From positions 9,924 through 73,923 of the forward strand of contig JBQTHZ010000070.1 in NCBI GenBank assembly GCA_052388515.1: a stretch of 64,000 nt of DNA. Reading direction: 5' to 3'. The notes beneath the pieces are model-generated. The model ran no database searches, was not told the DNA's origin, and was given only the letters and a program-made list of their open reading frames with translations. Positions within the stretch are counted from its first letter, which is position 1. Every line of letters begins with the position of its first letter. Origin of the DNA: Chloroflexota bacterium (GTDB taxonomy: Bacteria; Chloroflexota; Limnocylindria; QHBO01). Positions 1 through 12,650 of the stretch are shown here, one piece after another. Position numbers and translations under genes: made by a program.

Positions 1-139
1 CGGTCGGCCGGGCAGCCAACTCGATCCTAGAAATGCTTGACTGGTACCGATATAGGCCGTTGGGCGCGGCTCGCATGGGACCGATGGAGACGAGCTTGCA
101 CGAGCCGTCGGCGGCCGCGTCTCGCCGCTGGATCGCCGC

Positions 140-145
140 TAGAAT
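140..145 (+). promoter_or_regulatory. candidate -10 hexamer TAGAAT for uvrB (leaderless-type)
   Basis: TAGAAT lies 9 nt upstream of the uvrB ATG at 155. There is no Shine-Dalgarno sequence in between. The same TAGNNT-short spacer-start pattern recurs at uvrA, uvrC, secG and lspA. Confidence 0.4.
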
Positions 146-154
146 CGGGTTCCC

Positions 155-2302
155 ATGCCCGACCTGAAGGTCCACGCCCCCTACGAGCCGACCGGCGATC
201 AGCCTGCCGCGATCGCTTCGCTGGTCGACGGCGTTCAGGCAGGCCTCAAGCACCAGGTCCTGCTGGGCGCGACCGGCACCGGCAAAACGGCAACCGCCGC
301 CTGGCTGATCCAGGAGGTGCAGAAGCCGACGCTCGTCATGGCGCACAACAAGACGCTCGCCGCACAGCTCTACCAGGAGTTCAAGGAGTTCTTTCCGGAC
401 AACGCGGTCGAGTACTTCGTGAGCTACTACGACTACTTCCAGCCGGAGGCCTACCTCCCCCGGACCGATACGTACATCGAGAAGGACTCGTCGCGCAACG
501 ACGAGATCGATCGGCTGCGGCACAACGCCACGCGGGCGCTCTTCGAGCGCCGGGACGTCGTGATCGTGGCGTCGGTGTCCGCCATCTACGGGCTGGGGGC
601 GCCGGTCGACTACGGGGCGACCGTCATCGGCCTCAAGGTGGGTGGGTCATATCGGCGAGACGGGATCCTTCGCCACCTCGTCGACCTCCAGTACCAGCGC
701 AACGACGCGGCGCTGGGGCGCGCGAAGTTCAGGGTGCGCGGCGACGTGCTCGAGGTTCAGCCGCCGCACGGCGAGTACGTGGTGCGGGTCGACTTCTTCG
801 GCGACCAGGTCGAGCGGATCGTGGAGATCGACGACCTGACCGGCGAGGTGCTGGCCGAGCGGAACGAGGTCAACCTGTATCCGGCCTCGCACTACGTGAC
901 GCCGCGCGACAAGCTGCTCGCCGCCGCCGAGAAGATCGAGGTCGAGATGGAGGAGCGCGTGCGCTGGCTGAGCGACCAGGGCCGCGACCTCGAGGCGGCG
1001 CGGCTCCGGCAGCGGACCGTGTTCGACCTCGAGATGATGCGGGAGGTCGGCTACTGCTCCGGGATCGAGAATTACTCGCGCCATCTCGCCGGCCGAGAGG
1101 AGGGAAGCCGGCCCTGGACGCTGATCGACTACTTCCCGACCGACTTCCTGCTCATTATGGACGAGAGCCACATCAGCATCCCGCAGGTCCACGGCATGTA
1201 CAAGAACGACCGGACCCGCAAGGAGATCCTGGTCGACTTCGGTTTTCGGTTGCCATCGGCACTCGACAACCGGCCACTGACCTTCGAGGAGTTCGAGGAC
1301 CACTTCAGCCAGGTCGTCTACATGAGCGCCACACCCGGGCCATACGAGACCGAGCGGGCGGAGCGGGTGGCCGAGCAGTTCATCCGGCCCACCGGCGTGG
1401 TCGACCCGACCATCACGGTCCGACCGACCAGCGGCCAGATCGACGACCTGCTGGCCGAGATCCGCGCCACCGTGGAGCGCGGCGAGCGGGTCCTCGTCAC
1501 GACGCTGACAAAGAAGATGGCGGAGGACCTGGCCGACTACCTCGCCGAGCTCGGAATCAAGGTGCAGTGGCTGCACTCCGAGGTCGACACGCTCGAGCGG
1601 ATCGAGATCCTGCGGGACCTCCGCCTGGGCGTCTACGACGTGCTCGTCGGGATCAACCTGCTCCGCGAAGGGCTCGACCTTCCGGAGGTGACGCTGGTCG
1701 CCATCCTCGACGCCGACAAGGAGGGCTTCCTGCGCTCCGGCGGGTCGCTGATCCAGGTGATCGGCCGGGCTGCTCGCAACATCGGCGGCCGCGTGATCAT
1801 GTACGCCGACCGCGTCACCGACTCGATGAAGGCGGCGATGGACGAGACCGATCGGCGCCGCGAGAAGCAGGCCGCATACAACCTCGAGCACGGAATCACG
1901 CCTGAGACGATCATCAAGGAGATCCGCAGCATCCACGAGAGCCTGCGCCGCGTGGCGGAGGAGCGCGCCGAGCTCCAGGTGGCCGGCAAGGAGCCGGAGG
2001 AGCTGGCCGCCATGACGGGAAGGCTCGAGGCCCAGATGAAGGAGGCAGCGCGCAACCTCGAGTTCGAGCGCGCGGCTGCCCTCCGCGACGAGATCCTCCA
2101 GCTGCGTCGCCTGCGCGAGGAGCTGGCGGCCGCGCCCGGCAGCATCCCGGCCGAGGTCTACGCCGCCGCCGCCGAGGATGCAGGGCAGGACGGCGACGGT
2201 CGTCGCGGACGCGAGGCCAGCCGCGTCTTCAGCACCGCGACGACGCCCAATGTCGTCGCCGCCGGCTCCCGGCGTCGTCCACCACGCCGGAGACGTCCCT
2301 AG
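155..2302 (+). CDS. uvrB: excinuclease ABC subunit B (UvrB)
   Basis: 715-aa ORF with Walker [11 protein letters not shown], the [15 protein letters not shown] motif, helicase motifs and a C-terminal coiled region ([12 protein letters not shown]). Confidence 0.97.
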   Translation: MPDLKVHAPYEPTGDQPAAIASLVDGVQAGLKHQVLLGATGTGKTATAAWLIQEVQKPTLVMAHNKTLAAQLYQEFKEFFPDNAVEYFVSYYDYFQPEAYLPRTDTYIEKDSSRNDEIDRLRHNATRALFERRDVVIVASVSAIYGLGAPVDYGATVIGLKVGGSYRRDGILRHLVDLQYQRNDAALGRAKFRVRGDVLEVQPPHGEYVVRVDFFGDQVERIVEIDDLTGEVLAERNEVNLYPASHYVTPRDKLLAAAEKIEVEMEERVRWLSDQGRDLEAARLRQRTVFDLEMMREVGYCSGIENYSRHLAGREEGSRPWTLIDYFPTDFLLIMDESHISIPQVHGMYKNDRTRKEILVDFGFRLPSALDNRPLTFEEFEDHFSQVVYMSATPGPYETERAERVAEQFIRPTGVVDPTITVRPTSGQIDDLLAEIRATVERGERVLVTTLTKKMAEDLADYLAELGIKVQWLHSEVDTLERIEILRDLRLGVYDVLVGINLLREGLDLPEVTLVAILDADKEGFLRSGGSLIQVIGRAARNIGGRVIMYADRVTDSMKAAMDETDRRREKQAAYNLEHGITPETIIKEIRSIHESLRRVAEERAELQVAGKEPEELAAMTGRLEAQMKEAARNLEFERAAALRDEILQLRRLREELAAAPGSIPAEVYAAAAEDAGQDGDGRRGREASRVFSTATTPNVVAAGSRRRPPRRRRP

Positions 2303-2908
2303 ATGGCCGGGACGATGCCGCACGCCATCTTCATCGAGACCGATGTCGACGGGCGTGGCCTGGTCGGGGCATACGCGGCCGAGCTTCCCGGCTGCGCGGT
2401 CTTCGCGGCGACCGACGAGGAGGCAAGCACCTCGATGCCGCGCCGCGTGAGCCGATTCACCGCCTGGCTGCGCGCCGGCGGCGAGACGCAGGCCGACTTC
2501 GTCGGAGACAACTGGTACGAGGTCGAGCGCGCCGCGGCCACCGACGGCCGCCGTGCGGCGTTCACCCTCGACGAGCTGCCGCCGAGTGATGCCGAGTTCG
2601 CTGCGTGGATGCGCTGGCTGGAGCTCGCCCGCGAGGAGCTGGCGGAGGCGCTCGAGACGGGCGACCCCTCGTCCGCCACCGAGCTGCTCGACGGGATCGA
2701 GCGCCAGGACGTGGCGTTCGTGCGGGACCTCGGTGGCGGCGCGCCAGAGCTCACCACGGATCCGATCGACCGGCTCTACGCGGCGCGCGACGCCCTCACC
2801 GATGCGCTGACGGCCGCCGGCCCGTACCAGGACGGCGTGCGGCGGATGCTGCGGCTGGGGATCGCCGATGACCTGCGGGCGGCCGAGGTCCTCCGCCCGT
2901 CGGCGTGA
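2303..2908 (+). CDS. hypothetical protein, translationally coupled to uvrB
   Basis: The ATG starts 1 nt after the uvrB TAG (TAGATG). Composition is protein-like and helical. The N-terminal ~60 aa vaguely resemble a HicB/UPF0150-type fold (inference). No catalytic motif recognised. Confidence 0.6.
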   Translation: MAGTMPHAIFIETDVDGRGLVGAYAAELPGCAVFAATDEEASTSMPRRVSRFTAWLRAGGETQADFVGDNWYEVERAAATDGRRAAFTLDELPPSDAEFAAWMRWLELAREELAEALETGDPSSATELLDGIERQDVAFVRDLGGGAPELTTDPIDRLYAARDALTDALTAAGPYQDGVRRMLRLGIADDLRAAEVLRPSA

Positions 2909-3573
2909 TCGACCTCGCGACTGCGGCGCCGAAGCGCCTCCGCCACGGTGGTGACTGGCCGACGCCGACTCCTCGTCGCGCGGCCGCCGGCACCGAGCTG
3001 CGCGCGCTCCAGGATGCGATGCCGGCCTGCGACGGCGGGGCGTCACCGGTGCTGTCGGGCGACGGACGGGAGCGGGCCATGCTCATCGGTCAGGCACCAG
3101 GATGGCGCGAGATCGAGACGGGCCTGCCGTTCGCCTGGGACGCTGGGAAGCGGCTCTGCGGATGGTTCTCGGCGGCCGGCATCACCGTCGAGGATTTTCG
3201 ACAACGCTGGTACGTGACGAGCATCGGCAAGTGCTATCCCGGTCGCGCGCCGGGCTCATCGGTCGATCGGCCCCCGTCGCGGGAGGAGGTCGCGCGCTGG
3301 ACCCCGTTCCTCGTCCACGAGCTGCGCCTCGTACGGCCGGAGCTGGTGCTCCTGGTGGGCGGCATGGCGCATCGGTTCGCCTTCGGTCCCGCCGTGAAGC
3401 TGGATGGCCTGGTCGGGCATGAGCTCGCGTGGGACCAGGCGCCGGGCGCATCGGTCCTGTGCCTGCCGCATCCATCCGGTGCGTCGACCTGGCTCAACGA
3501 TCCGGCGCGGGTCGAGCTGTGGCGGCGGGGCATCGGTCTCCTCCGCGAACGTTGGGGATTGCTGCACCGATGA
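2905..3573 (+). CDS. uracil-DNA glycosylase superfamily protein
   Basis: GTGA start/stop overlap with the upstream ORF. Motif-A-like GQAPGWREIETGLPF and motif-B-like LPHPSGAST, spaced as in the UDG superfamily. Confidence 0.8.
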   Translation: MIDLATAAPKRLRHGGDWPTPTPRRAAAGTELRALQDAMPACDGGASPVLSGDGRERAMLIGQAPGWREIETGLPFAWDAGKRLCGWFSAAGITVEDFRQRWYVTSIGKCYPGRAPGSSVDRPPSREEVARWTPFLVHELRLVRPELVLLVGGMAHRFAFGPAVKLDGLVGHELAWDQAPGASVLCLPHPSGASTWLNDPARVELWRRGIGLLRERWGLLHR

Positions 3574-4082
3574 CGCGCGAGGTTCGAATCGGCGTGCTCG
3601 TGGTGGCGGCGCTGGGCGCGTTCGTCCTCTTCATGGTCGTGATTGGCTCGCTCGGCGGTGTGCGGCCCGAGATCGACCCGCTGACCGTCGAGGAGGCCCT
3701 GGACGGCGAATGGGGGAGCGAGGAGCTGCACGTCACCGGCTGGTACGCGGAGCTGGATGCGGATTGCACCGGCGACGACGGCGGAGCCGATGCGTCCGTC
3801 GCCTGGCTCCAGCGCGACTGTCCACTGCGCGTCCTTCTGCCGCAACAGCCCTCCACCGACGTCACCCAGGAAGCGCTACTCCGCGATGGGCTTCGGTTGG
3901 CAGCGCCGCAGGGAAGCGCGTTCCCGTCGCGGTCTGAGCCGGACGGACCAAACCTCCGCGGCCAACAGCTTGTGTTCGTCGGGCACTTCTCCGATCCGGC
4001 GGCCGCTTCCTGCGTGCCCGATCGGGTGGAGCGGTGTCGTACGACGCTGGTGGTCGACGACTACGACGAGCTCGTCCGATAG
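3570..4082 (+). CDS. hypothetical membrane-anchored protein (4 Cys ectodomain)
   Basis: An internal ATG forms an ATGA overlap with the UDG stop. The N-terminus MTREVRIGVLVVAALGAFVLFMVVIG is a single hydrophobic anchor. The rest is acidic with 4 Cys. Confidence 0.6.
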   Translation: MTREVRIGVLVVAALGAFVLFMVVIGSLGGVRPEIDPLTVEEALDGEWGSEELHVTGWYAELDADCTGDDGGADASVAWLQRDCPLRVLLPQQPSTDVTQEALLRDGLRLAAPQGSAFPSRSEPDGPNLRGQQLVFVGHFSDPAAASCVPDRVERCRTTLVVDDYDELVR

Positions 4083-4286
4083 TGAGCGTCGCGGAGCCGA
4101 CGGCCAGTGCCGAATCCGCCTGCTCACCTCGTGTGAAGTCGGACGGTCGCCTGCCGGCGGATGCGCAGAGGGTGCTCTCGGCGAATGGCTTGTCTCCTCA
4201 TTCAAGGAATATATCGTTACTGATATATCCGCTGAACGGAGCGAGAACCTCGCATGACCGCACGCGGTCGACGCAGCACCCCGCGG

Positions 4287-5153
4287 TCAGCTGCCGGTGG
4301 TCATATCGAGCAATCCCGCCTGACGAGCGCGCTGCATGAACCAGGCGAAGGCGGCCAGGGCAATCGGGATCGCGATGGCGGTCGAGATGACCAGGAAGAG
4401 CATGACCATGCCGTCCGAGATCCCCCCGAGCGTGCCGGGCGATCCGTGTCCGAGAAGGCCACGACGCGACGCCTCCAGCCACCACGTGGTGGGCGAGGCG
4501 TACGCGATCGGGTGGAGGAAGGCGGGGAGGATGTCGATCGGAAAGATGGCGCCCGAGACGAGGTAGAGGGCGCCGGCGATCGCCTCTGGATACGACCAGG
4601 CCTCCTGCCGCAGCTGCAGGCACCACCCTGCCATGAAGACGCCGAGCGCGATGACCGCGGTCACGCCGAGCACGGTGGCCGGCACGAGGTAGAGCAGGTT
4701 CGGCTGCAGGTCGACGCCGAGGAAGACGACGCCCACGACCATCGTCAGGATCACAGCCACGAACGAGACAGCCACGCGCGCAAGAGACCGTCCGAGCAGG
4801 AACGGGAAGAGCGAGGTGGGGGTCACCACGACGTACTTGATCATCCGATAGCGCTCGCGATCCTCGAGGATCGACTGCACCAGCCCGCTCATGACGCCGA
4901 ACACGACGTTCCATAGCGCGCTGCCGACGATCAGGAACTGGAGAAACTCGGGGTTCTGGCCCTGGGTGATGACCTGGAACATCACGACCAGGATTCCCGC
5001 CGCGGCGAGCGGCTTGGCCATGGTGTAGACCGCGAACAGGAACGGGTCGGACCAGTTCGACTCGATCGCCCATCCGAGGCCGATGGCGGTGCGGAAGCTG
5101 CGCCAGGCGTCCGCGAGCGTCATGCCGCGCACGGGCGCGGCTCGGTCGGTCAT
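4287..5153 (-). CDS. ABC-2 type transporter permease
   Basis: Start MTDRAAPVRGM forms an ATGA overlap with the upstream permease stop. Six hydrophobic segments, typical ABC-2 permease pattern. The 667-aa track ORF is an artefactual upstream extension. Confidence 0.85.
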   Translation of the reverse strand: MTDRAAPVRGMTLADAWRSFRTAIGLGWAIESNWSDPFLFAVYTMAKPLAAAGILVVMFQVITQGQNPEFLQFLIVGSALWNVVFGVMSGLVQSILEDRERYRMIKYVVVTPTSLFPFLLGRSLARVAVSFVAVILTMVVGVVFLGVDLQPNLLYLVPATVLGVTAVIALGVFMAGWCLQLRQEAWSYPEAIAGALYLVSGAIFPIDILPAFLHPIAYASPTTWWLEASRRGLLGHGSPGTLGGISDGMVMLFLVISTAIAIPIALAAFAWFMQRARQAGLLDMTTGS

Positions 5154-6025
5154 TGCCATCGCAGGGTCAGGCGCCCCTCGCGGCGGGCGAGCGTCTCGAG
5201 GTAGCCGAGCGCCAGCCGTGCCGCCACCAGGAAGACGGCGCCCATGGCGACGAGGATCAGGACCTCGGCACCCACGGGCAGCACACCCTCGACACCACTG
5301 CCGGCGAAGGCGAGCTGACGCATCGCGTCGAGCCCGACCCCGAGCGGCAGCGTCGCGATCACCACCCCGGCAATCGGCCCGATGGCGCGCAGCGGGAAGT
5401 TGACACCACCCAGGAAGTAGATCGGCTCCTGGAGGAGCTGCGCGAGATGGAAGGCCTCGCGGCCCCAGAGCAGGAAGAGGGACGCGAAGAGCATGCCCAT
5501 CCCATACAGCGGGACCATGGTCAGGAGGAAGACGCCGGCCAGCAGGAACGGCTGCTGGACATCGTAGGTCACGCCGTAGAGCAATGAGCCGATGCCGATG
5601 ACGGCCAGCGCGCGCGAGCTCGTCATCACGAGACCGCCGATCGCCATCCCGGCCAGGATGCTCATGAGGTGCATCGGCGCCGTGAAGTAGAGCTCCAGGT
5701 TGCCCTGGTCCTTCTCCCAGTAGAACTGGGCGGCCATCATCCAGACCACGTTGAGCCAGAAGGCGGTCATGGCGCCACCGAGCACGACGAAGCCGATGAA
5801 CTCCTCGGGCGCCTCCAGCGCGCGGTACACGAACACGAAGGCGCTCACCGCCAGGAACGGCAGGAAGATCTCGAAGAAGAGCCACGACGGCTCTCGGGTG
5901 AGGCCGATGACGCGGGGATAGGCGCGTCCGACGACGGCGCGCAGGTTCGACCGGATGACGCGGCCGGTCGACCATTCGGCAGCATCCCGCGGGTTCGTCG
6001 CGGTGGTCGATCCGTATCGACTCAC
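5150..6025 (-). CDS. ABC-2 type transporter permease (second subunit)
   Basis: A GTG start forms a GTGA overlap with the ATPase stop at 6022-6024. Multi-TM protein and a paralog-like partner of the downstream permease. Confidence 0.85.
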   Translation of the reverse strand: MSRYGSTTATNPRDAAEWSTGRVIRSNLRAVVGRAYPRVIGLTREPSWLFFEIFLPFLAVSAFVFVYRALEAPEEFIGFVVLGGAMTAFWLNVVWMMAAQFYWEKDQGNLELYFTAPMHLMSILAGMAIGGLVMTSSRALAVIGIGSLLYGVTYDVQQPFLLAGVFLLTMVPLYGMGMLFASLFLLWGREAFHLAQLLQEPIYFLGGVNFPLRAIGPIAGVVIATLPLGVGLDAMRQLAFAGSGVEGVLPVGAEVLILVAMGAVFLVAARLALGYLETLARREGRLTLRWQ

Positions 6026-7044
6026 GAAGCGGCGCCCTCGCCGTCCTCGTCTCCGAAGCCGCGCCCGACGAGCTCGACGAAGACGTCCTCCAGGCTCGGC
6101 TCCGACTTCGCGAGGCCGACGAGGTGCGATCCCCGTTCGGCGACCGCGGTGACCACGCTGGTGAGTGCCGAGTCGTCCGCGAGGGCGACCTTGAGGGCCA
6201 CCCGATCCGCGCCGGCTCCGTCGGCGATCTCCTCGTCCGCACGCACCGCCGACAGCACGCCCGGCAGGGCGCCGATGCCGGCGATGCCACCGTTCTGCGG
6301 CAGCTGGTCGAGCTCGAGCCGAAAGATCGACTCGGCCTGCACGCGGCGACGCAGCTCCTCGGGCGTCCCCAGCGCCAGGATCTTGCCGCGATCCACGATC
6401 GCGATTCGGTCGCAGAGCTGCTCGGCCTCGACCATGTAATGGGTCGTGAGCAGGAGGGTTCGCCCGGGCGCGGCTGCCTTCCACGCGAGGGTGTGCTCCC
6501 GAAGATCGCGCGCGGCGGCCACGTCCAAGCCGAGGGTCGGCTCGTCGAGGAAGAGGACCCACGGGTCGTTGAGGAGGCCGCGGGCGAAGTTGAGCTTCTG
6601 CCGCTGGCCGGTGGAGAGGGTGCGCACCTTCTGGTCGCGCTGCTCGGTGAGTCCGGTGATCTCGATCAGCTCGTCCACGCGCCGCCATCCGTCCCGGGTC
6701 GGCAGCCCGTAGAACTGGCTGTACATCCAGAGCTGCTCGCGCAGCGTGAGCAGCCCGTACCCGGACTGCTCGCCGCCGGCGACCATGTTGATGACGCGCC
6801 GAATCTTCGAGGTCTCGTGCACGACGTCGAACCCGGCGATCCTGGCCGTGCCGCTGGTGGGCAGCAGCAGCGTCGTGAGGATCTTGATGAGCGTCGTCTT
6901 GCCGGCGCCATTCGGCCCGAGCAGCCCGAAGTACTCGCCCGGCTCGACGTCGAGGTCGACGCCACCGAGGGCAGTCACGGGATTTGGCTTGGCCTTGTAG
7001 ACGCGGGTGACGGCGCGGGCATGAATGGCGAGTTCGTCAGGCAT
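6022..7044 (-). CDS. ABC transporter ATP-binding protein with C-terminal extension
   Basis: Start MPDELAIH, Walker A GPNGAGKTT, signature LSTGQRQK, Walker B LFLDEPTLGLD. About 100 aa of extra C-terminal domain. Confidence 0.92.
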   Translation of the reverse strand: MPDELAIHARAVTRVYKAKPNPVTALGGVDLDVEPGEYFGLLGPNGAGKTTLIKILTTLLLPTSGTARIAGFDVVHETSKIRRVINMVAGGEQSGYGLLTLREQLWMYSQFYGLPTRDGWRRVDELIEITGLTEQRDQKVRTLSTGQRQKLNFARGLLNDPWVLFLDEPTLGLDVAAARDLREHTLAWKAAAPGRTLLLTTHYMVEAEQLCDRIAIVDRGKILALGTPEELRRRVQAESIFRLELDQLPQNGGIAGIGALPGVLSAVRADEEIADGAGADRVALKVALADDSALTSVVTAVAERGSHLVGLAKSEPSLEDVFVELVGRGFGDEDGEGAAS

Positions 7045-7322
7045 CGGAGGACAGCAGGTGCTCAAGAAGGGGAGGCGGGCGGGAGCGGGATGGTAGCACC
7101 GCTCACCAATCCATGACATACGTCATGTGTCTCCCCACGGCGCCGTGGTCCCCCCGTGTCGATTCCCATGGAGCGTGCATCGCGCCTGGGAATCGTCCGT
7201 TGAAGTGCCCTGATTCAGGCGCGGCGTGATTCAGGACGCTGCGGGGGCCTGAGCGGTGCCCGGCGGCGCGGCTCAGGCACATGGGTCAAGCGCGGCGTCC
7301 CGCAGCGCTGATGACCGGTCGC

Positions 7323-7808
7323 TCAGTTGATGCTCGTGTCGTCGTCACACTCCCCCGGACCGTGCTCGCAGTCCGCCGAGAGGAGGCCAGCGCCGGAAAT
7401 CGAGAGAAGCGCCTCGCGAATGTCGTCCTCGTCGGCGAAGCCGGGGATGGCCGCCAGGGCGAACTCGACGCGAGCTGCCAACGTCGCGCTGAGCGATTCG
7501 TTGGCGCCGAATGTGCGCCACACGCCGCCGCCGTCCCAGATGACGATGCCGTATCCCTTGACTGCCACCGAGAACATATCCCGCGCACCTCGCCGGACGA
7601 CATCCGGGCCGATCGTCACCGTCCCCCAACGGTTGCGATCGGCCCGGATCCCCCGAATGTCTCCCCCGTCGGCCCCCCCGGTACCGATGTACCAGTACCT
7701 TGCGCCTCGGCACTCACGGGCACAATTGCCATTAACCCAACCAATCCCATCCGCTTCGACCATTTCGCCGTCGATGGTCCCGGTTTGCGGGGAAGACCGA
7801 AGATCCAA
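7323..7808 (-). CDS. hypothetical protein, divergent from uvrA
   Basis: This is the only one of three overlapping frames with protein-like composition and G/C-rich third positions. Start is uncertain: TTG at 7808 or ATG at 7763. No family recognised. Confidence 0.45.
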   Translation of the reverse strand: MDLRSSPQTGTIDGEMVEADGIGWVNGNCARECRGARYWYIGTGGADGGDIRGIRADRNRWGTVTIGPDVVRRGARDMFSVAVKGYGIVIWDGGGVWRTFGANESLSATLAARVEFALAAIPGFADEDDIREALLSISGAGLLSADCEHGPGECDDDTSIN

Positions 7809-7810
7809 AC

Positions 7811-7824
7811 CGAACAGGCGTTCG
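7811..7824. promoter_or_regulatory. LexA (Cheo/SOS) box CGAAC-N4-GTTCG
   Basis: Perfect palindrome CGAACAGGCGTTCG overlapping the predicted -35 (TTCGCA, 7821-7826) of the uvrA promoter. It matches the Gram-positive/actinobacterial SOS box consensus. Confidence 0.55.
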
Positions 7825-7842
7825 CATCGGTCCAGTTCCTGC

Positions 7843-7848
7843 TAGGAT
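7843..7848 (+). promoter_or_regulatory. candidate extended -10 (TGcTAGGAT) for uvrA
   Basis: TGC precedes TAGGAT. The uvrA ATG lies 9 nt downstream with no SD. Confidence 0.4.
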
Positions 7849-7857
7849 GACGGTCCG

Positions 7858-10797
<2,940 letters not shown>

Positions 10798-10832
10798 CGC
10801 AGGTCGTCCACGTTGACTCGGCCGTCGGAACC

Positions 10833-12488
10833 TCATGCGCGAGCCGTGAGGGTGAAGCCCATCTCGGCCAGGAAAGGCGACGGACGCCGCGGATCGAAGC
10901 CGAGGATGAGCTGGCGCGTCGCGCGGGTGAGAGCGACGTAGGCAAGTCGTCGCTCCTCCTCCAGGGCGCGCTCGGGGTCCTCGGCATCCATGATCGAGCG
11001 GCGGTTCGGGATGCGATCGGCCTCGAAGCCGATGAGGACGACCGACTCCCACTCTCGACCTTTCGAGGCATGCACCGTCGCCAGCTCCACCGTTGCAGAC
11101 GGATCGCGCAGGGCAGCGATTCGTGCCCTGGCAGCATCGTAGGCCGATACGAACGCATCGACGCGCGAGAATCCCGTCGCCCACCCGAGAAGCGCGTCGA
11201 GCGCGCCGTGGTCCTCGTCGCCGAGATGGTCAGATGCCGGGTTGTCACGTGACCATCCGCGACCAGCACGCAACCGGCGGAGGACGTGGAACGGATGCTC
11301 CCGTGTTTCGAGCGTCCGCGCGGCCTCGATGAGCGCCGTGATGCGCTCGTTCTCGACGATCGGCGGGATGGCCGTGGCATGGCGGACGCCCGCGTGCACC
11401 AGGACGAGGAGGATCGGCGTGAGCTCGCCACGGGTACGCGAGAGGAAGCAGAGGGTGCGCCCGGCGGCTTCCTCGACGGCAGCGAGTCGCGCCAGGGCAT
11501 CGGTCCATCCCGGTCCGGTGGTGTTCCAGGCCGTGATCGCGGCATCGCTGCCCGCGGCGTTCGCGGGCGCGCGGATCGGCTTCTCGAACCGCTCGCGGTT
11601 CACGGCGACCATGCGCGCCGAAGCCGCGACGACGGGCGTGGGGCACCGGTAGTTCGTCGCCAGCATCACGCGGCGTGCATCGGGGTAATCGACGGAGAAT
11701 CGCAGGATGCGGCGCACGTCGGCGAGGCGCCAGGCGTAGATGGTCTGGTCGTCGTCACCGACCACGAACAGGTTGTCCTCGGGCAGGGCAAGGAGGCGAA
11801 CGAGCCGCAGCTGCGCCGCGTCGACGTCCTGGAACTCGTCCACGCAGACGTGGCTGAATCGAGACTGCCACCGTCGACGGAGCGCCGGCTCGGACTCGAG
11901 GAGGTCGCCGGCACGCACCACGAGGTCGTCGAAGTCGACGGCGCCCCGGATGCGCAGCAGCTCGGCGTAGGCCTCGAAGACCGGAAGGGCATCCTCGGGC
12001 GGGGCGCGCCCCTCGATCTTGAGCGCCGAGAGGCTGGTGTCGAGCTGCGATGGCTCCATGGGCGTGAGGGTCGGCGTCTTCGCCACCACCCGCCGGCGAG
12101 CCGCTCGCAGCAGCGGCAGACGGTCGGCGACGATGTCGCGGCCCTCGCCGGCGTCCAGCAGGACCTGCCGTGCCAGCGCGTGGAGGGTTCGTACGTCGAT
12201 CGAGGTGGCGGTCGGGACGGACGCCGCGAGGCGCCGCTCGACACGCACCGCGAGGTCGAGGGCCGCGTCGCGGTTGAAGGTCACCACGCAGATGCGCTCG
12301 GGTGCAACGCCGCGCGAGAGCAGGACAGCCAGCCGGGCGACCATCGTGGTGGTCTTGCCGCTTCCCGCCGGGGCGATGATCTGCGCGGGCCCGTCCGGCA
12401 GGGTCGCCGCAGCTCGCTGCTCGGGATCGAGCGCCCCGAGGATCGGCTCGAGCAGGGTGTGTGCCGAGAGGGTCGCGTGAAGCGCCAT
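10833..12488 (-). CDS. UvrD/Rep/PcrA-family SF1 DNA helicase (compact, 551 aa)
   Basis: Motifs APAGSGKTTT, VDEFQDVD, VGDDDQTIYAWR, TNYRCP, TVHASKGREWESVVL and LAYVALTRA. A minus-strand TATGGT lies 6 nt upstream of the ATG. Confidence 0.9.
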   Translation of the reverse strand: MALHATLSAHTLLEPILGALDPEQRAAATLPDGPAQIIAPAGSGKTTTMVARLAVLLSRGVAPERICVVTFNRDAALDLAVRVERRLAASVPTATSIDVRTLHALARQVLLDAGEGRDIVADRLPLLRAARRRVVAKTPTLTPMEPSQLDTSLSALKIEGRAPPEDALPVFEAYAELLRIRGAVDFDDLVVRAGDLLESEPALRRRWQSRFSHVCVDEFQDVDAAQLRLVRLLALPEDNLFVVGDDDQTIYAWRLADVRRILRFSVDYPDARRVMLATNYRCPTPVVAASARMVAVNRERFEKPIRAPANAAGSDAAITAWNTTGPGWTDALARLAAVEEAAGRTLCFLSRTRGELTPILLVLVHAGVRHATAIPPIVENERITALIEAARTLETREHPFHVLRRLRAGRGWSRDNPASDHLGDEDHGALDALLGWATGFSRVDAFVSAYDAARARIAALRDPSATVELATVHASKGREWESVVLIGFEADRIPNRRSIMDAEDPERALEEERRLAYVALTRATRQLILGFDPRRPSPFLAEMGFTLTARA

Positions 12489-12650
12489 GTCGCGACCATA
12501 CGCGGGCTCGCTTACCAGCCTGTTACGGCTCGGTTACCCGTGCTGACGTCCTTGCGCGGACGGGTCACCGGCGGCCGAGCGGCCAAGGCCGTATCCTGTC
12601 CGCCGTCGCCCACCCGACCGACAGAGACCGAGCATACCGATGAGGCACGC

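Noticed and set aside
37-3046. Long ORFs 37..1905 (+, 622 aa) and 647..3046 (-, 799 aa) overlapping uvrB
   Set aside because: Their translations are Arg/Pro/Ala/Gly-rich and low-complexity, typical of off-frame and antisense reading in high-GC DNA. The uvrB frame carries all family motifs.
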